A program made the position numbers and the translations under genes. DNA of 64,000 bases. Origin: Dimorphilus gyrociliatus. Taxonomy: Eukaryota; Animalia; Annelida. The stretch is from contig CAJFCJ010000016.1 in the NCBI GenBank assembly GCA_904063045.1, positions 558,001 to 622,000 on the forward strand, read 5' to 3'. Below, one piece after another: positions 1 to 12,672 of this stretch. The notes under the pieces were generated by a model. The model made no database searches, had not been told where the DNA came from, and saw only the letters and a program-made list of their open reading frames with translations. The stretch's first letter is position 1. Every line of letters begins with the position of its first letter.

Positions 1-753
1 TTTTCCTTTTTCAATTTTCTATTCAAAAAAGAAAAAAAGTTCTAAAATTGAAAAAAAGAAAAAAGAAAAAGAAAAAAGAAGAGAAGAAACTAGAATGAAA
101 AAGTAAAAATGTCAAAAACATTAATACAAAAGAAGCAAATAAATAACATTTTCATTTCGATTGAATTGTTAAAAATATGATCTTTTTTCGTATAAACACT
201 CTAATTACTGTATATAGTTTATATAGGTTGATTTTGGTTGAGAATAACGCTCTTTATATCGTTAAATACTATTAAATAAAATTAATTTGATTTACTATAG
301 GCCTTGAACTAGAAAATGGAATAAACATACATAAACTTACCACCAAGTTGATATCAGTGTATTCTTATTTATACTTGTATAAAGCACGTACCGGGTAAAG
401 TAAAGATCTTTAGAAAGAGACTGCTTTTCTTTTATTTTATTTCCCTTCTCTCTCTCTCTCTCTCTCTCTCCGTCAATAACATCAATCAATCGTTCTGTTT
501 TATATATAAAACGCCATCTAGCTATCGAAATACTGAGTTTGATATAGGTGGCGTTGTTTTCTTTTTTTGATTGAATAATTAAAAGCGGAAAAGAATTTAT
601 AATAATTAGTAACAAAGGCTAGAGAGGGTTAGATATTAAAATTTCATGACCTAATTATATGTGATAATTAAATCTTGTAAACAATAATATGAAATATGCA
701 TAATATTATGAATAAATATTAGTTATATTGTATACAAACTCCATATACACATA

Positions 754-773
754 TATACAGTATATACAGTATA
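754..773. mobile_element. Tandem TA-CAG-TA motifs, putative Tc1-family excision footprints (representative of at least 14 in the window)
   Basis: ATATATACAGTATATACAGTATATATA; CAG interrupts a TA array twice. No transposon body present. Confidence 0.45.
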
Positions 774-1461
774 TATATATATATATATATTTAATAGTTA
801 TTATTAGTTTAATATGTACGCTAAGCCTATAATTATAATTATTTGACGCTTTCAAAAATTTTTCTTATGAAAGGAATAAAGAAATGAAAAGAGGAGAAGG
901 GGAATAAAAAAGAAATTGAAAGGGAAAAACAGTGGAAAGAGAAGAAATATGAATATATATATATATATATATATATGTTTTTCAAGTAAGGAAGAAAGTT
1001 GTAGATAGTGTAAACAATTAATAATAAAAAAGGAATATATAGCCTTCTGGTTAACTTAATTGTTTACTTAACGGTAAAGTAACAAATATAGAAGTCAAAT
1101 GTTTTTTTTTCTTTCTTTCTCTCTCTCTCTCTCTCTCTCTCACTTTCAACTTCAAACGTATGTCTACAATCAATTTTTTTTCACGTTTACCTTATTAATT
1201 ATATGGTTGTTTGTACTCGTAATACAAAAGGTAGGAAAGGAATAAGAGAACACAAGGCTAATTAGTTAAGAGAAATTTGTTAAAATAAATATTAGAATAA
1301 CTATAGAAATAATGAATATTTATATAGCTGAACTATTCAGTTTAATAGTTAAAAATAAGGGTTTTCTTATTTAAAAAACAAAAAAAATGCAGCTAAAAGA
1401 GGAAAAAGTATATAGTATTAAAAATCCTTGTACCGTGAAATACTCTCTATTGTTTTGCATG

Positions 1462-1477
1462 CCCTCTAGATGGCGCT
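1462..1477 (+). promoter_or_regulatory. CTCF-like binding motif CCCTCTAGATGGCGCT
   Basis: Matches the CTCF core CCNCNAGRKGGCR; GC-rich word in AT-rich DNA upstream of ORF 1636. Confidence 0.55.
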
Positions 1478-1635
1478 CTACTCTTAAATTACGTTTAACG
1501 TATATTGATCATAATCTGCTGGAGACCTGAGAAAAATAGACCTCTATGTCCTATTTTAATATCAAATCAGCTTTTTGATAAAGTGAAGTAAGCTGTTAAA
1601 AGCAGTGAAAAAGATTTAACGTTTATTAAGAAAAT

Positions 1636-2052
1636 ATGAGGACGCTGCGTAAAATAAAGAACGTTGTAAAATGGAAAAACAAGCAGGATGATTGCCAGGT
1701 ACTAGTAAAGGAATCGATAAAACTTCACCAGGAACTAGAATTGGATAGTATCGAAACTTTAAATAATACTGAGGTTAGTAAGGATGGTAAATTTACTAGA
1801 GGAAATGCAGAAGATGAAACGGACGATGAGGTGGAATTAGATGAATTAATAGAGAAAAATGACAATAAATCGAAAAAACAAAAGCGTAAGGAGAAACGAA
1901 AAAGAATGAGAAAACGTTGTTGGAAAATGTGTAGAAGAACATTTAAATATTTAAGAATTGGATTTACACAATGGGCAAATATGACAAACTTTGGTTTCTT
2001 CCCAACAGATTTCAGATCGTACTCTAACAAAGAAAGGGCTTACTACAACTGA
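1636..2052 (+). CDS. Hypothetical 138-aa intronless protein (acidic middle, Lys/Arg-rich stretch, Cys/aromatic amphipathic tail)
   Basis: ATG-to-TGA ORF with protein-like composition, unlike the low-complexity ORFs nearby; CTCF-like motif about 160 nt upstream. No family recognised. Confidence 0.55.
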   Translation: MRTLRKIKNVVKWKNKQDDCQVLVKESIKLHQELELDSIETLNNTEVSKDGKFTRGNAEDETDDEVELDELIEKNDNKSKKQKRKEKRKRMRKRCWKMCRRTFKYLRIGFTQWANMTNFGFFPTDFRSYSNKERAYYN

Positions 2053-5000
2053 GATCATACCTGACTGAAAGCCTATACATATATCTAATATATGAGTTTA
2101 TTTTCCTATATTATCGTGGATATTTAAGTCTCAAAAGAATAAAAATTCTTTTAATGATATGTTTTCTATTATTGTTTTTTTTTAAATATATATTAAACCA
2201 GATGGCACTAAATGTCTATACGTCTATGCAATTGTATATATCCTCTATATATTTTTATGTATTTTTCAAGCAATAGAAATTCTTCTTGTTATCAAAACAA
2301 ACGAAAATTGTTATGTTTCTTTTTTCTATGTTTTCGTATATTCCGATATTAAAATCACTTAAAAAAATGATATACAGTATAAAACACAATAGATAAAATT
2401 GTATCTCCATTGTAAATTCATTTACAAATCAGTAAACACGTGTTTTAAATGAAAAACCATCAATACGGAAAATTTTTATTGATTTGTTCCAGTAGTTTAT
2501 TAATGCTTTACTCTACATTTATTCAATAGTAAACGTACAGTGGAATTCGTTAATAAATCATACTAATCATTTGTTTTTTAATATTAAAGAAATAAATTCG
2601 AATAGGCACTTTTTGTTTAATATTGCAGCGTATCTTTTAGATATTGGCTGCTGTTTTATTTATCTTTCCTAATCTATTCTTTTCCGTCTATTTTCTCCAT
2701 CCTCTTTCGTTGATTATCCCCACTCCACCTACTCTGATTTCAAATAAGGTAAGTAGTTTTAAACTGGACGGGAACCTATCGTCTCTAATGAACTCGAATC
2801 TTCAATTTAGTTTCATTGATTTCATTTTATAAGAATTCTTAAGTGTCAGCTTCTGAACAATTTAACTATATAATTGTTATTTGATTGTTTAATCGCCTGT
2901 CAATGTAGTTCGTGATAATATACCGTTTAATAGGAAATGTCGATTTATTTAATGACAATCAGTATTGGCCGAATGAGTTTATTTTTATTCCGTATCTAGT
3001 CACGTACCTATGGATAAAAACATCTTGAGCAATACATGTATAATTCTTAAAAGGGAGTAGACCTTCACCACTGGAAATCGTTTATAATAGAAACAATAAT
3101 AAAAATATATAAATACTATTACAAAGAGATGATTGCTAAACCATATTTAGGTCAGGAATATCAGCCAAGTTGTTAAAAAATAGCACATGTACAAAGTTTT
3201 ACAAGAGTACATAGATGGAAAGAGATATACGCTGCCTAACCATTTATACATAAATTGAGCGAATAGATTGAATTATTGACAAAATTGAATAGAAATTAAC
3301 TTTCTCTAGTACTCTAGTTTTAACAATTGGCTGTGGAAGAAAAACTTGAATTAGTTATATTAAACTCTTTTGTTCTATTTAATAAATTTATATTATATAA
3401 TTACATGTATTTATATATTTAAGATAATAATATAAAAGGTCAAAAGTTCAATAGTTAATTAATATTTAGTGTAAAAAAGCACCTATTAACCTTTCTATAC
3501 TATGTTTTAATATTAAAGGTTACGTATATAAATAGAAATCGTATTACATAACAAGCGTAATGTTGGTATGATATTAGATAAAGAAGAAAAGTACTATCCT
3601 TATACGCCACCTACCGGCTGTAAAGGGAAAGAAAAAATGAAGAAAAACTCTTATCAATATGAAAAATCTAATTCCATTTTCTCTTGATATCAAGAGTCAA
3701 GTATTGTAAAATAAATACTGAAAATATACTGTAAACTATGATAAATCTAATACCGTACCAGTCAGTACGGTACTATTGAAAGGTAATAGCATAAATAAAA
3801 TAAATACAAGTATTATCATATTCATGTAGAAATAATTGGTTAATAAATCTGAAAAGATAGTTGTTATTATTGATATAGTCCAAGCATAGTCAGTATATGT
3901 TTATATGTGATGCTAATACTGTATATACTATATATATATATATATTGTATATAGTATATTAATTAAGTTAAGAAATATACTTTTATTATATGAATAATCT
4001 ACAAAAGTATTTAAACAATTTAAAAATTGAGTTCTATCTCTTCTATTAAGGAATTTTTATGGTTAAAAGGTGAAGTTATTTCTTTTAGAAGAGCGAATAT
4101 ATTGGAATAAAAATATGAAAATTATTTAAAAATTACTCATCGAAATATTATTCTTACCTATTCTATACATTTTATTAATAAATTGTAATAAATAAACTTT
4201 TATTTAAGGGTTTATAGTCTAAAGACTATTATATATAGTTTGTATATTGCGTATTTATTGACTTAAATATGTAAATATACTGTATATACAAGAAACATTC
4301 TCAAACTATTATATTCGTTAATAAATAAATGAGTGTCGTAAATATAATATTATCTATATATTGTTTATATTATATATATATATATACTTTATACACAGTT
4401 TTTTCCTATAAATAACAAGATGGCACATATTAATAAAAAGAGGAGGAGCAGAAGAGTAAGAAGAGCGAGAAACAAACGAAAAGGTAGAAAAAGAAAGGTA
4501 TGTAAACTTTAACTATAGGAATTGAGTTGTTATATACATACAATATGGACATTCCATATATCATAGTTAAATAGCATTAAGAATATCTATTGCAATGTAA
4601 TACTGTATTACTGTAAAAGTTTCCTAAATCCGATTAGTCTAGAGCGGAAATATGAATGAAAGAAAAAGAGAAAGAAGAAAAAAGTAAGCCTTTTTCCTTC
4701 GTAATGTCGAGTATACGAGAGAATTGAATTCTTATCTTAAAGAATTCTTTCATTGCTAAAATTTATTTAACTCTTTTTAACATGGCTTTTTATATAAAAG
4801 TTGAAAGAATTTAGCACTGAATAAATTTTAGCATAAACTCACATACGGTTTATAACTACATGGGCACAAGCACAAACCGTTAACGTACGCACTCTGTCAC
4901 GATTACTATATGCACTGATTTCGTTCAAAGGAACATAATTATATAATATACTTAATCCGTAGAAGAGGATTATCTCGATTTGGGTTATAAGCAATAATTT

Positions 5001-5137
5001 AATAAATAACTATAAAGGAATAAACTATTCCTTCTACAATTCTTTTCTCAATTTTTTTCTTTTTCTCCCTCTCTCTTGCTCTCTATTCTCCGTATGTCTA
5101 TCTATCTATATCTATCTATCCATCTTCTCCCCCTCCC

Positions 5138-5173
<36 letters not shown>

Positions 5174-6346
5174 TCTCTTTTTACCAAGCTCGTTCATTCA
5201 CCTTCTCTCCAACACTGAGAAAAACTATTCCCTTATAACAGCTAGTAATCAGAATTTCTAACAAAGAGATAAAATCTGTGATCGTTTTGATAATTAATCT
5301 TTACTATTGGATTAGCATTAAGGTATTTTAGAGTATGATGATTAATATCCTTGTCGTTATATTTGATTGCTTTGCACTATCTGGGCCGTATCTAGACCGA
5401 TGCGAAGTAACCTTAGTAGTTGAAGGGTGTGGAAGAAAAAGCAAAGGAGGAATATGTCAATTAATTCGAATATCAAACTTTTCCCAAATGTAAATAAGTT
5501 TTATATTTAATGTTTCTTTAGCATTTTAGCAAGGAAATATCAATAAAAAGAGTTATGAGAATCTAAAATGGTTCATTTCTTTATCAAAACACTGTAAAGT
5601 TTCGCCCTCTTTTGCTCTTTCGCTCTTTTGCTCTTTATGTCTTTCCCTCTTTTTCTATCTGTTTATTAATAAACGTTAGAAGATGTTCGTACACAACCGT
5701 ATTATATTTCTAGTGCGTACGAGGCACGTAAAAGTTAGAGTTTGTTAAACTTTACAGCCCAGAGCCAGGGGTAATGTATTTGAACTCTTAAAAATGCCGA
5801 TTATTATCTAATAGATGTTAATATAGGCCACAATTCACCCAATGTAATGAAGAGGAAATTTGTCCTAAATATGTCATATAGTATATATATAATTCAAAGT
5901 TTATCTAAATGCTATTTATGACAATAGAAATATACAAATTTATAGAATATATACCTAAGTAATTGCATTGAAAATTTTACTATTATAGTGAATCACTTAA
6001 TACAGTAAAATTTAACCCTGCTGATAATATCGATTATTATCTGTCAAAAACTGGAAATTTCTCATTCAATAAAGAATAAATTCAAACAATATCAGACTTT
6101 TCTTTCTTTTTTTCTTCTTTCTTTCTTTCTTTTTTTTTTTACTTTAATTTTATTAATTCATAAAATTTTAACAACTTTCTCTTCTTTTATACTTTTTCTC
6201 CTTCCTCTCTTCTTTCCCTCTCTCCTTCTTTCTATCTTTCTCTCTCTAAGCCTCTCCATTTAATGTTAATGTGAAAACTCTAAATTCACTGACGCTATCG
6301 GTTTTTAAAAAATATGACAAATAGAGAAATTGAACAAAACTTCTTA

Positions 6347-6358
6347 CTAGATGGCGCT
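6347..6358 (+). promoter_or_regulatory. CTCF-like motif CTAGATGGCGCT
   Basis: Same 12-mer as at 1466; about 1 kb upstream of the cholinesterase ATG. Confidence 0.45.
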
Positions 6359-6626
6359 CAAATCTGAAAATAACGGAGCCCATTTATCTGCTCGTAAAAT
6401 TGATGTGTGCAACTGCATAAGAAGAGTTTAGCAGAAGTAAAATAAAAAAAACAGAAAAAATTACGTTTTTATCCCTTCTCGGATACTTTTACGCTTTATT
6501 TATATCTATATATCTGCTTAAAAAAGAGGAAAAAGGTATTTGTTTCAATTGAAATGTTGTACTTGACTTGTAGTTATTTAATTAGACAAGAGATTGAGAT
6601 AAAAAGAGTTTAAGAGTAGTGAGAAG

Positions 6627-6632
<6 letters not shown>

Positions 6633-6670
<38 letters not shown>
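6633..6670. repeat. (GA)n microsatellite (others near 448, 1120, 5142, 6866, 11881, 37900, 48258, 55058)
   Basis: Direct observation. Confidence 0.95.
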
Positions 6671-6674
<4 letters not shown>

Positions 6675-6861
6675 ACGAAGAATAGAGAAAAACAAGGGGA
6701 AAGGAGAGTAAAGAAAAGTGAACATTACTATATGTACGATTAAAAGAAAAAGAGGTAGGTGAAAGAAGGAAAGATAGATAGAAGGTGAAAGAGATAGATA
6801 GATAGATAGAAAGGAAAAGAGTGAGGATGAGTGAAGTCTTGAGCAAGTGAAAAAAAACGGA

Positions 6862-6892
<31 letters not shown>

Positions 6893-7369
6893 AGGGGGAA
6901 AAGAGAGAGAAAAAAGGGAGAGAGAGAAAGTCTGTGCATTTTTTGAGTGCGTGTATGAGTGAGTAAAATGAAAAACCTAATAAATTAATTAATAGTTTTC
7001 ATGTAATAAAACAAAAATTGATATAATAGTGTTTATTTGAACTTTTTAAATACAAGTATTTATATATAATATATTCATATTAATCTACAAAAGAGAAATT
7101 AATGAAAATATTACTGATAAACTATATAAATAAATGTAATCATTTTTTAAATGTAAAATTAAATAAAAAGAATAAAAAATCTATATTTTAACAAAAAAAA
7201 GAAACGATTTTCATCTAATTTCGTTTTCTTTTAGTAAAGAAAACGATTTTTTAGTTTATGCTATATATACTTATGTTAGTGTATATATATATATAAGAAC
7301 ATTTTTCTTTATTTTCTATAAAAGGAAATATGTAGAATTTGGGGATTTCAATACTTGAACAAGGAACAA

Positions 7370-8656
7370 ATGGCTAACGAACAATTTACAGTAACATACG
7401 TGTAAGTATTATCAAATTTCGATCAAGTCATTAATCATTTTAAGTACGTGAATTTTGTATAGACCTAATTCAAGCCAATTGTAAGTCTAGTTTAGGTAGA
7501 TGTAATTAAAAAATCGTTTAATTTCAGTGGGGGGTACCAATAAAATTAAAATATATAGTTTAAAGATGGAAAATATTATAGTTTCTTTAGAATTAAGCCT
7601 ATGTTTTTGTTTGCACTTGGTCAAACTTAGCCATCCCTTGGGTAAAATCCAAAATGCCAAGCGTATAAAGTGGCCTATTAAACGATTTAAGCCTATGAAA
7701 CTTGTTTATTTATTGTTTTAACTAGACCAGAAGAAGAGCGGAAAAAGAAGAAATTTGGTATTAAATCAAAAATTCTAGTTCTTACCGCTTTTGTCTTGGC
7801 CATTTTTTTGGCAGTTATACTCTACGTAACCCTAAGGAAAAGTACCAGTAAGTTTTTAAAAGGATTTTATATTTATGTCTCTCATTTCCTTTTTAAATTA
7901 ACTAATTAATTATCCAAAAGTTTTATTACTTAAGAAGAGGAATTATATTTTAAAAGAACTTATTCCAGCACAGTTACTTTCCTTTTAACACTTTTAATTG
8001 TTTTTGTACGTTTTGCAGTCTTTCTTCACTAATTTAATCATTAAAATTTATTTGTAGAGAATATCAGGAATGAATTTAAAGATGTTCATATAAAAACTGG
8101 CTCTTTACGGGGAAAATTAACAAAATCCAACTTAGGAGGGAATGTTATTGAATATTTAGGCATTCCGTACGCTAAACCACCAATTGGAGATTTAAGATTT
8201 TCCGATCCAGTTCCACCAGAGAATTGGAACGGTTAGTATATCGTTGCATACAATATTAATATATTTACTATATATATAACAGTAGTAATAATAATTCATT
8301 TACTGTACGCTATTCTTTTACACTCTTCCTTTAACCTATATCTAATAGTATGACCTATTTATATATTTATAAAAAGGTTTACATAAGCTGATTGTAAAAG
8401 GAAGAAAAAGGTGAAAAAAACATGAATCGGTGCGAAATCTTTTCACTTTCTCCCTTTTATTATCAATAAAGAGAAATCATTAATTAATTATTTAACGATA
8501 GTTTAAATGGTTTCATAAATATAACGAGCGAACTAAACAACCAACCAACCAACCAACCAACCAACCGACCAACCAATCAAACAAACAAGCAAACAAACAA
8601 CAGTTGTACTTTATTCCTCTTTTAGATTCTTTAATAAAGTTTGCCATACACACAGT

Positions 8657-8687
<31 letters not shown>

Positions 8688-9647
8688 TATAAGTACTATT
8701 TATAACATAGAAATAGGCCTACTTCTCTCCAGATTGTTTATTTTGAATATTAAATTAATTAATGATTCTTTTTACAGTATAAATTTTATCATCCTGTAGC
8801 GAATAATATGGTGAAACAGTCTTTAAACTAACACTATAACTAAGCTTACATAGGCTTATTATTTGTAATAAAAGTTTATAGGCTTAGTTTCTTTACCTAT
8901 AAATATTAAGACTTGTTTAATCTGTAAACAAATATTGATACTAGGGTATAATTAGGATTAATTCATTGAGCATATAGAGAACAGGTAGAATCTCAATTAG
9001 AACAATATTTAAAAAAATTCATTCGATTACGCAATCTTTTGATAAATAAAACAACTGAGGGGAGAGGGATGAAGATTGTTATGTTTTCAAGGTAGGGGGT
9101 CGACGGGAAGGCGGAATTGTAAAGGGAAAAGGTGGGATATAAGAAAAGAAAAAAATACACCAAAGGTGCGAACAAGAATAGTATTGAGAGAAGGTGAAAA
9201 GAAGACAATTAAAACGAAACTTATTTTTAAGAGAACGTTAGCAAGCGGTAAGATTAAGGAGCGGAAAGGAAAAATGACAAAAGTAATAATAATAAATTAG
9301 AAATTTCTATAGCGAAAATAGGCGGAGTAGAGATGGTGGCATAATTATATTTATTCAAAATTTCTCCTACTTATATAGTGTAAGATATCAACAAGTTTAT
9401 AATATATTCTTACAAAAGGTACACTTGACCCTGTCAATATAGAAAGAATGGAAAAAAAAGTCGATCTCTTCCACCGCCTCTTCTCTACCCCCTAGTTCGT
9501 TACTTTTTTTTCGATTTTCTTTTTACCCTTTCCACCTTCTTACCACCCACCAATGCTTCCCCCTTTTCTTTTCTATTATTTTTGTCTTCTATTTCTTACT
9601 CTCTCCATTTTCTTTTCCCTCTTCTTTTTGTCCTTCTCATCGCCGCT

Positions 9648-9686
<39 letters not shown>

Positions 9687-11562
9687 TTTTCTTATTCTTC
9701 GTATTCTTGGTCTGTTATTTTTCGCTCGGTAGAAATTGTGCTATTTAATTGTAGACTGTAAAATTATTAGGCTATTTATTTACTAATTAAATTTACTAAG
9801 TCGTTACATTTGACAATAGGCGTACTAGATGCTTTTGAGCATGGCAACTCCTGCGTTTGTTACATTGATAAGACTTTCGGTTCTTTCGTTGGTTCTAACA
9901 TGTGGAATCCATCGAATAGAATGAACGAAGATTGCTTATATTTAAACGTATGGCAACCGGAAACTACCTCAATCGAAAATGCTAAATTACCTGTTATGGT
10001 ATGGATATATGGAGGAGGATATTATAGCGGTAGTTCGCAATTGGAAGTTTATGATGGAAAAGTTTTAGCTGATTCTCAAAAAGTTATTGTTGTATCATTT
10101 AATTATCGACTCGGACCTTTTGGCTTTCTAACAACGGGTGACGATCGAATTAGTGGTAATTTTGGCTTAAAGGATCAGCAATTAGCTCTAAAGTGGGTTC
10201 ACGAAAACATTGCATCATTTGGTGGTGATCCTAACGAGGTAACGATTTTTGGTGAGAGTGCTGGCAGCGTTTCAGTAGGTCTGCATCTCTCATTACCTGG
10301 TTCGGCGAAATATTTCAAAAGGGCTATTATGCAAAGTGGTGCGCCCAACTGCTATTGGGCGATTTTAACTAAAGAGCAGGCGATTGCAAAAACAGAGAAA
10401 TTTCTCAAGATTATCGGTTGTAAGAATGACGCTCATTTAAAAGTTTGTCTTCGTTTCAAAGACGCCGATTTCCTAAACGATAAGATGTGGATGGAAATGA
10501 AATTTTTCTATATTCCATTCGCTCCGTATCTTGATGGAAAATTCATAAAAAGGGACGGTTACGATACTCTAGTGAATGGACTTTACCAGAATAAAAGCCT
10601 TATTGTAGGCACAAATATAAACGAAGGAACTTTTTGGATAGTTTATACACTTTTAGGCTTTTTTAAGTACAATTCAAGCGAAATCGATTACGAAACTTAT
10701 AAGAAAAACGTTAAGCTTGCACTATGGGATTTACATGGAGGTGAGAGGTTTTTGTTTATTTTTGATCCCAAATTAAGGAAATCTGCTTTTTAGGCCAAAT
10801 TTTAGAATTTGTTTCTAAATAATGTTGTCTTCTTTCTGGCAATAAAATTTTAGAAAGAATTCACAAACATTGCTTAAGCTGTGTAAACAGCTTACAGGTG
10901 TTGGTTAAAGCGCCATCTGTTGATTTTTTCTAATTTTCTTCTCTTTTAGATATTGTATATATATGTATATGTTTTTCTAAATACATATAGATACCTGGAA
11001 AGAGGCCGAACGATTTTACAGACCTAAAAATATCTCAGATAAAGCTGCTAATAGAGATGCCATTGACGATTTAACAGGAGATCGACTGTTTAAATGCGGA
11101 CCCAAATTTTGGGCTAATAAATACGCTCAGGCTGGAAATGACGTCTACTTTTATGAAATGCATTATAGAGTGTCAAACGAAGCCTGGCCTCCTTGGATGG
11201 GCGTTATACACGGTGCAGAAATTCAATTTATATTTGGTTGGCCATTTAATCGCTCGAAAAACTTTAACGACGATGATAGGAAATTTTCAGAACATATCAT
11301 GAATTATTGGGGAAATTTTGCAAAAACTGGGTAATTATAAATATCAATATACCATTATTTACGCTTATTCTAATCGAATACAAACAGAAATCCTAATCGT
11401 TTCCCCCCTTTAACACACTGGGAAAAAGTTCACGCGCACGGATCCGTTCACTATATGAAATTAATTGGCCCAAATAATTACGATATGAGTTGGAACGATT
11501 TTAAAACAGAACCCTGTCAATTATGGAATAAACTGTCAAAGAAGAAAAGTAATCTTGTTTGA
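7370..11562 (+). CDS. ache: Acetylcholinesterase-like carboxylesterase type B, 587 aa, N-terminal signal-anchor
   Basis: Exons 7370-7401, 7726-7847, 8058-8231, 9820-10740, 10991-11330, 11388-11562, all GT-AG, total 1764 nt in frame. Motifs [17 protein letters not shown] (Trp84 equivalent), EDCLYLN, YGGGY, FGESAG (Ser), NEGT (Glu), WMGVIHG (His). Confidence 0.92.
8538..8600. repeat. (AACC)n/(AAAC)n microsatellite in cholinesterase intron 3
   Basis: Direct observation. Confidence 0.9.
9648..9686. repeat. (ATC)n microsatellite in cholinesterase intron 3
   Basis: Direct observation. Confidence 0.95.
10909..10924 (-). promoter_or_regulatory. CTCF-like motif (TCAACAGATGGCGCT on minus strand) in cholinesterase intron 4
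   Basis: Motif match only. Confidence 0.4.
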
Positions 11563-11880
11563 AAAATTTTACTATTTTCTCTTTTGTTTATTTGTTTTGG
11601 TCTGCAAAAATGTGCCATTTTTGATTGTTACAAAACTCTGTTTGCTAATCGTTCTTGCCGTAGAAAAGAAGGAAAAAAAATCCCAATATAATAATAGATA
11701 CATTAAGAAAAAGCTACAATATCTTATTGAAAGTGGTTCATTTCTTCTTTTTGTAATTTTTTCCTTCTTTTAACATAATAAAAAAGAAGATAAAAGAAAC
11801 TTGTATTAAAGTTTTAGAAAACTTCTTTCTTTTTTTTTAAATAAATGAATAAACAGTGGTATAAGAAGTAAGATCGACTA

Positions 11881-11919
<39 letters not shown>

Positions 11920-12672
11920 TGTGTACGTGTGTGTCTGTTTTCAAAAAGAAAGAAAAGAACAAAAAAAAACACTTTAAACAACCAGTTTTAAAAGACAAAA
12001 TGTCGAATAAGGGAAGAAGAGAGATTTAGAAAGATACAAATAAATAATTTTTAAAAGAGAAAAATTTGGCAGCTGTTCGAAATAAATATTAAGAAGATCA
12101 CAACATTTTGACACTGTGTATATTTATGTTGTTCTATCCCTCGTTATTGGGCTATTCACCTGTTTTTTTCAATTGAATTATCATATCCCTTGTTGAAAAT
12201 TTAAATAATTAGTAATTTCTCAATTGTATAATTAGATAAGAAAGATTACTTTTTTTTTTTAAAAAGAATTCTAAATAAATTATTAAACACCAGGTGTCGT
12301 TTCTTTTCATTTTATTTATTTTCAACACGTTATTTATACTGTATATAGTGAAATTGAAATAAAAAGAAATAAATAGAGATGTTTTAACATTCCAAAATGT
12401 TTATAAAATGTAAAAGTAATATAAATTAGTGTAATTTTAAATAGTTTTTTTAAATGAATCTTCATATTTTGGCGGTTAAATTGAAAATAAAAGCAAGATT
12501 TATTGTTTAGATCAACTGATTTATTGTAACTGTTACATACAAGATAGCTTTCTTTTATTTTTTAATGGGTAGCGCTAAAAACTGTTATCTATTCTAATAT
12601 AAAACGATAAGAGAATTTCAACAATAGATAGATTGAATATCAACACGATTTACAAAGTCAAAATCCAAGATT

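Noticed and set aside
2746-2755. Perfect splice donor AAG|GTAAGT with no assigned gene
   Set aside because: Could be a 5' UTR exon of a downstream gene, but no acceptor partner can be supported from sequence alone.
3751-3772. 8-bp hairpin TACCGTAC..GTACGGTA; also 16-bp palindrome TATCCAGATCTGGATA at 52705-52720
   Set aside because: Isolated short palindromes with no Helitron CTRR end, no TIR partner and no miRNA-length stem.
337-9300. ORFs 337-615, 2644-2832, 5076-5261, 6610-6939, 8993-9208, 9076-9300 (and similar at 37780, 43622, 46068, 46174, 49372)
   Set aside because: Low-complexity translations of (GA)/(CT)/(TA) microsatellites or purine tracts; no domain signal.
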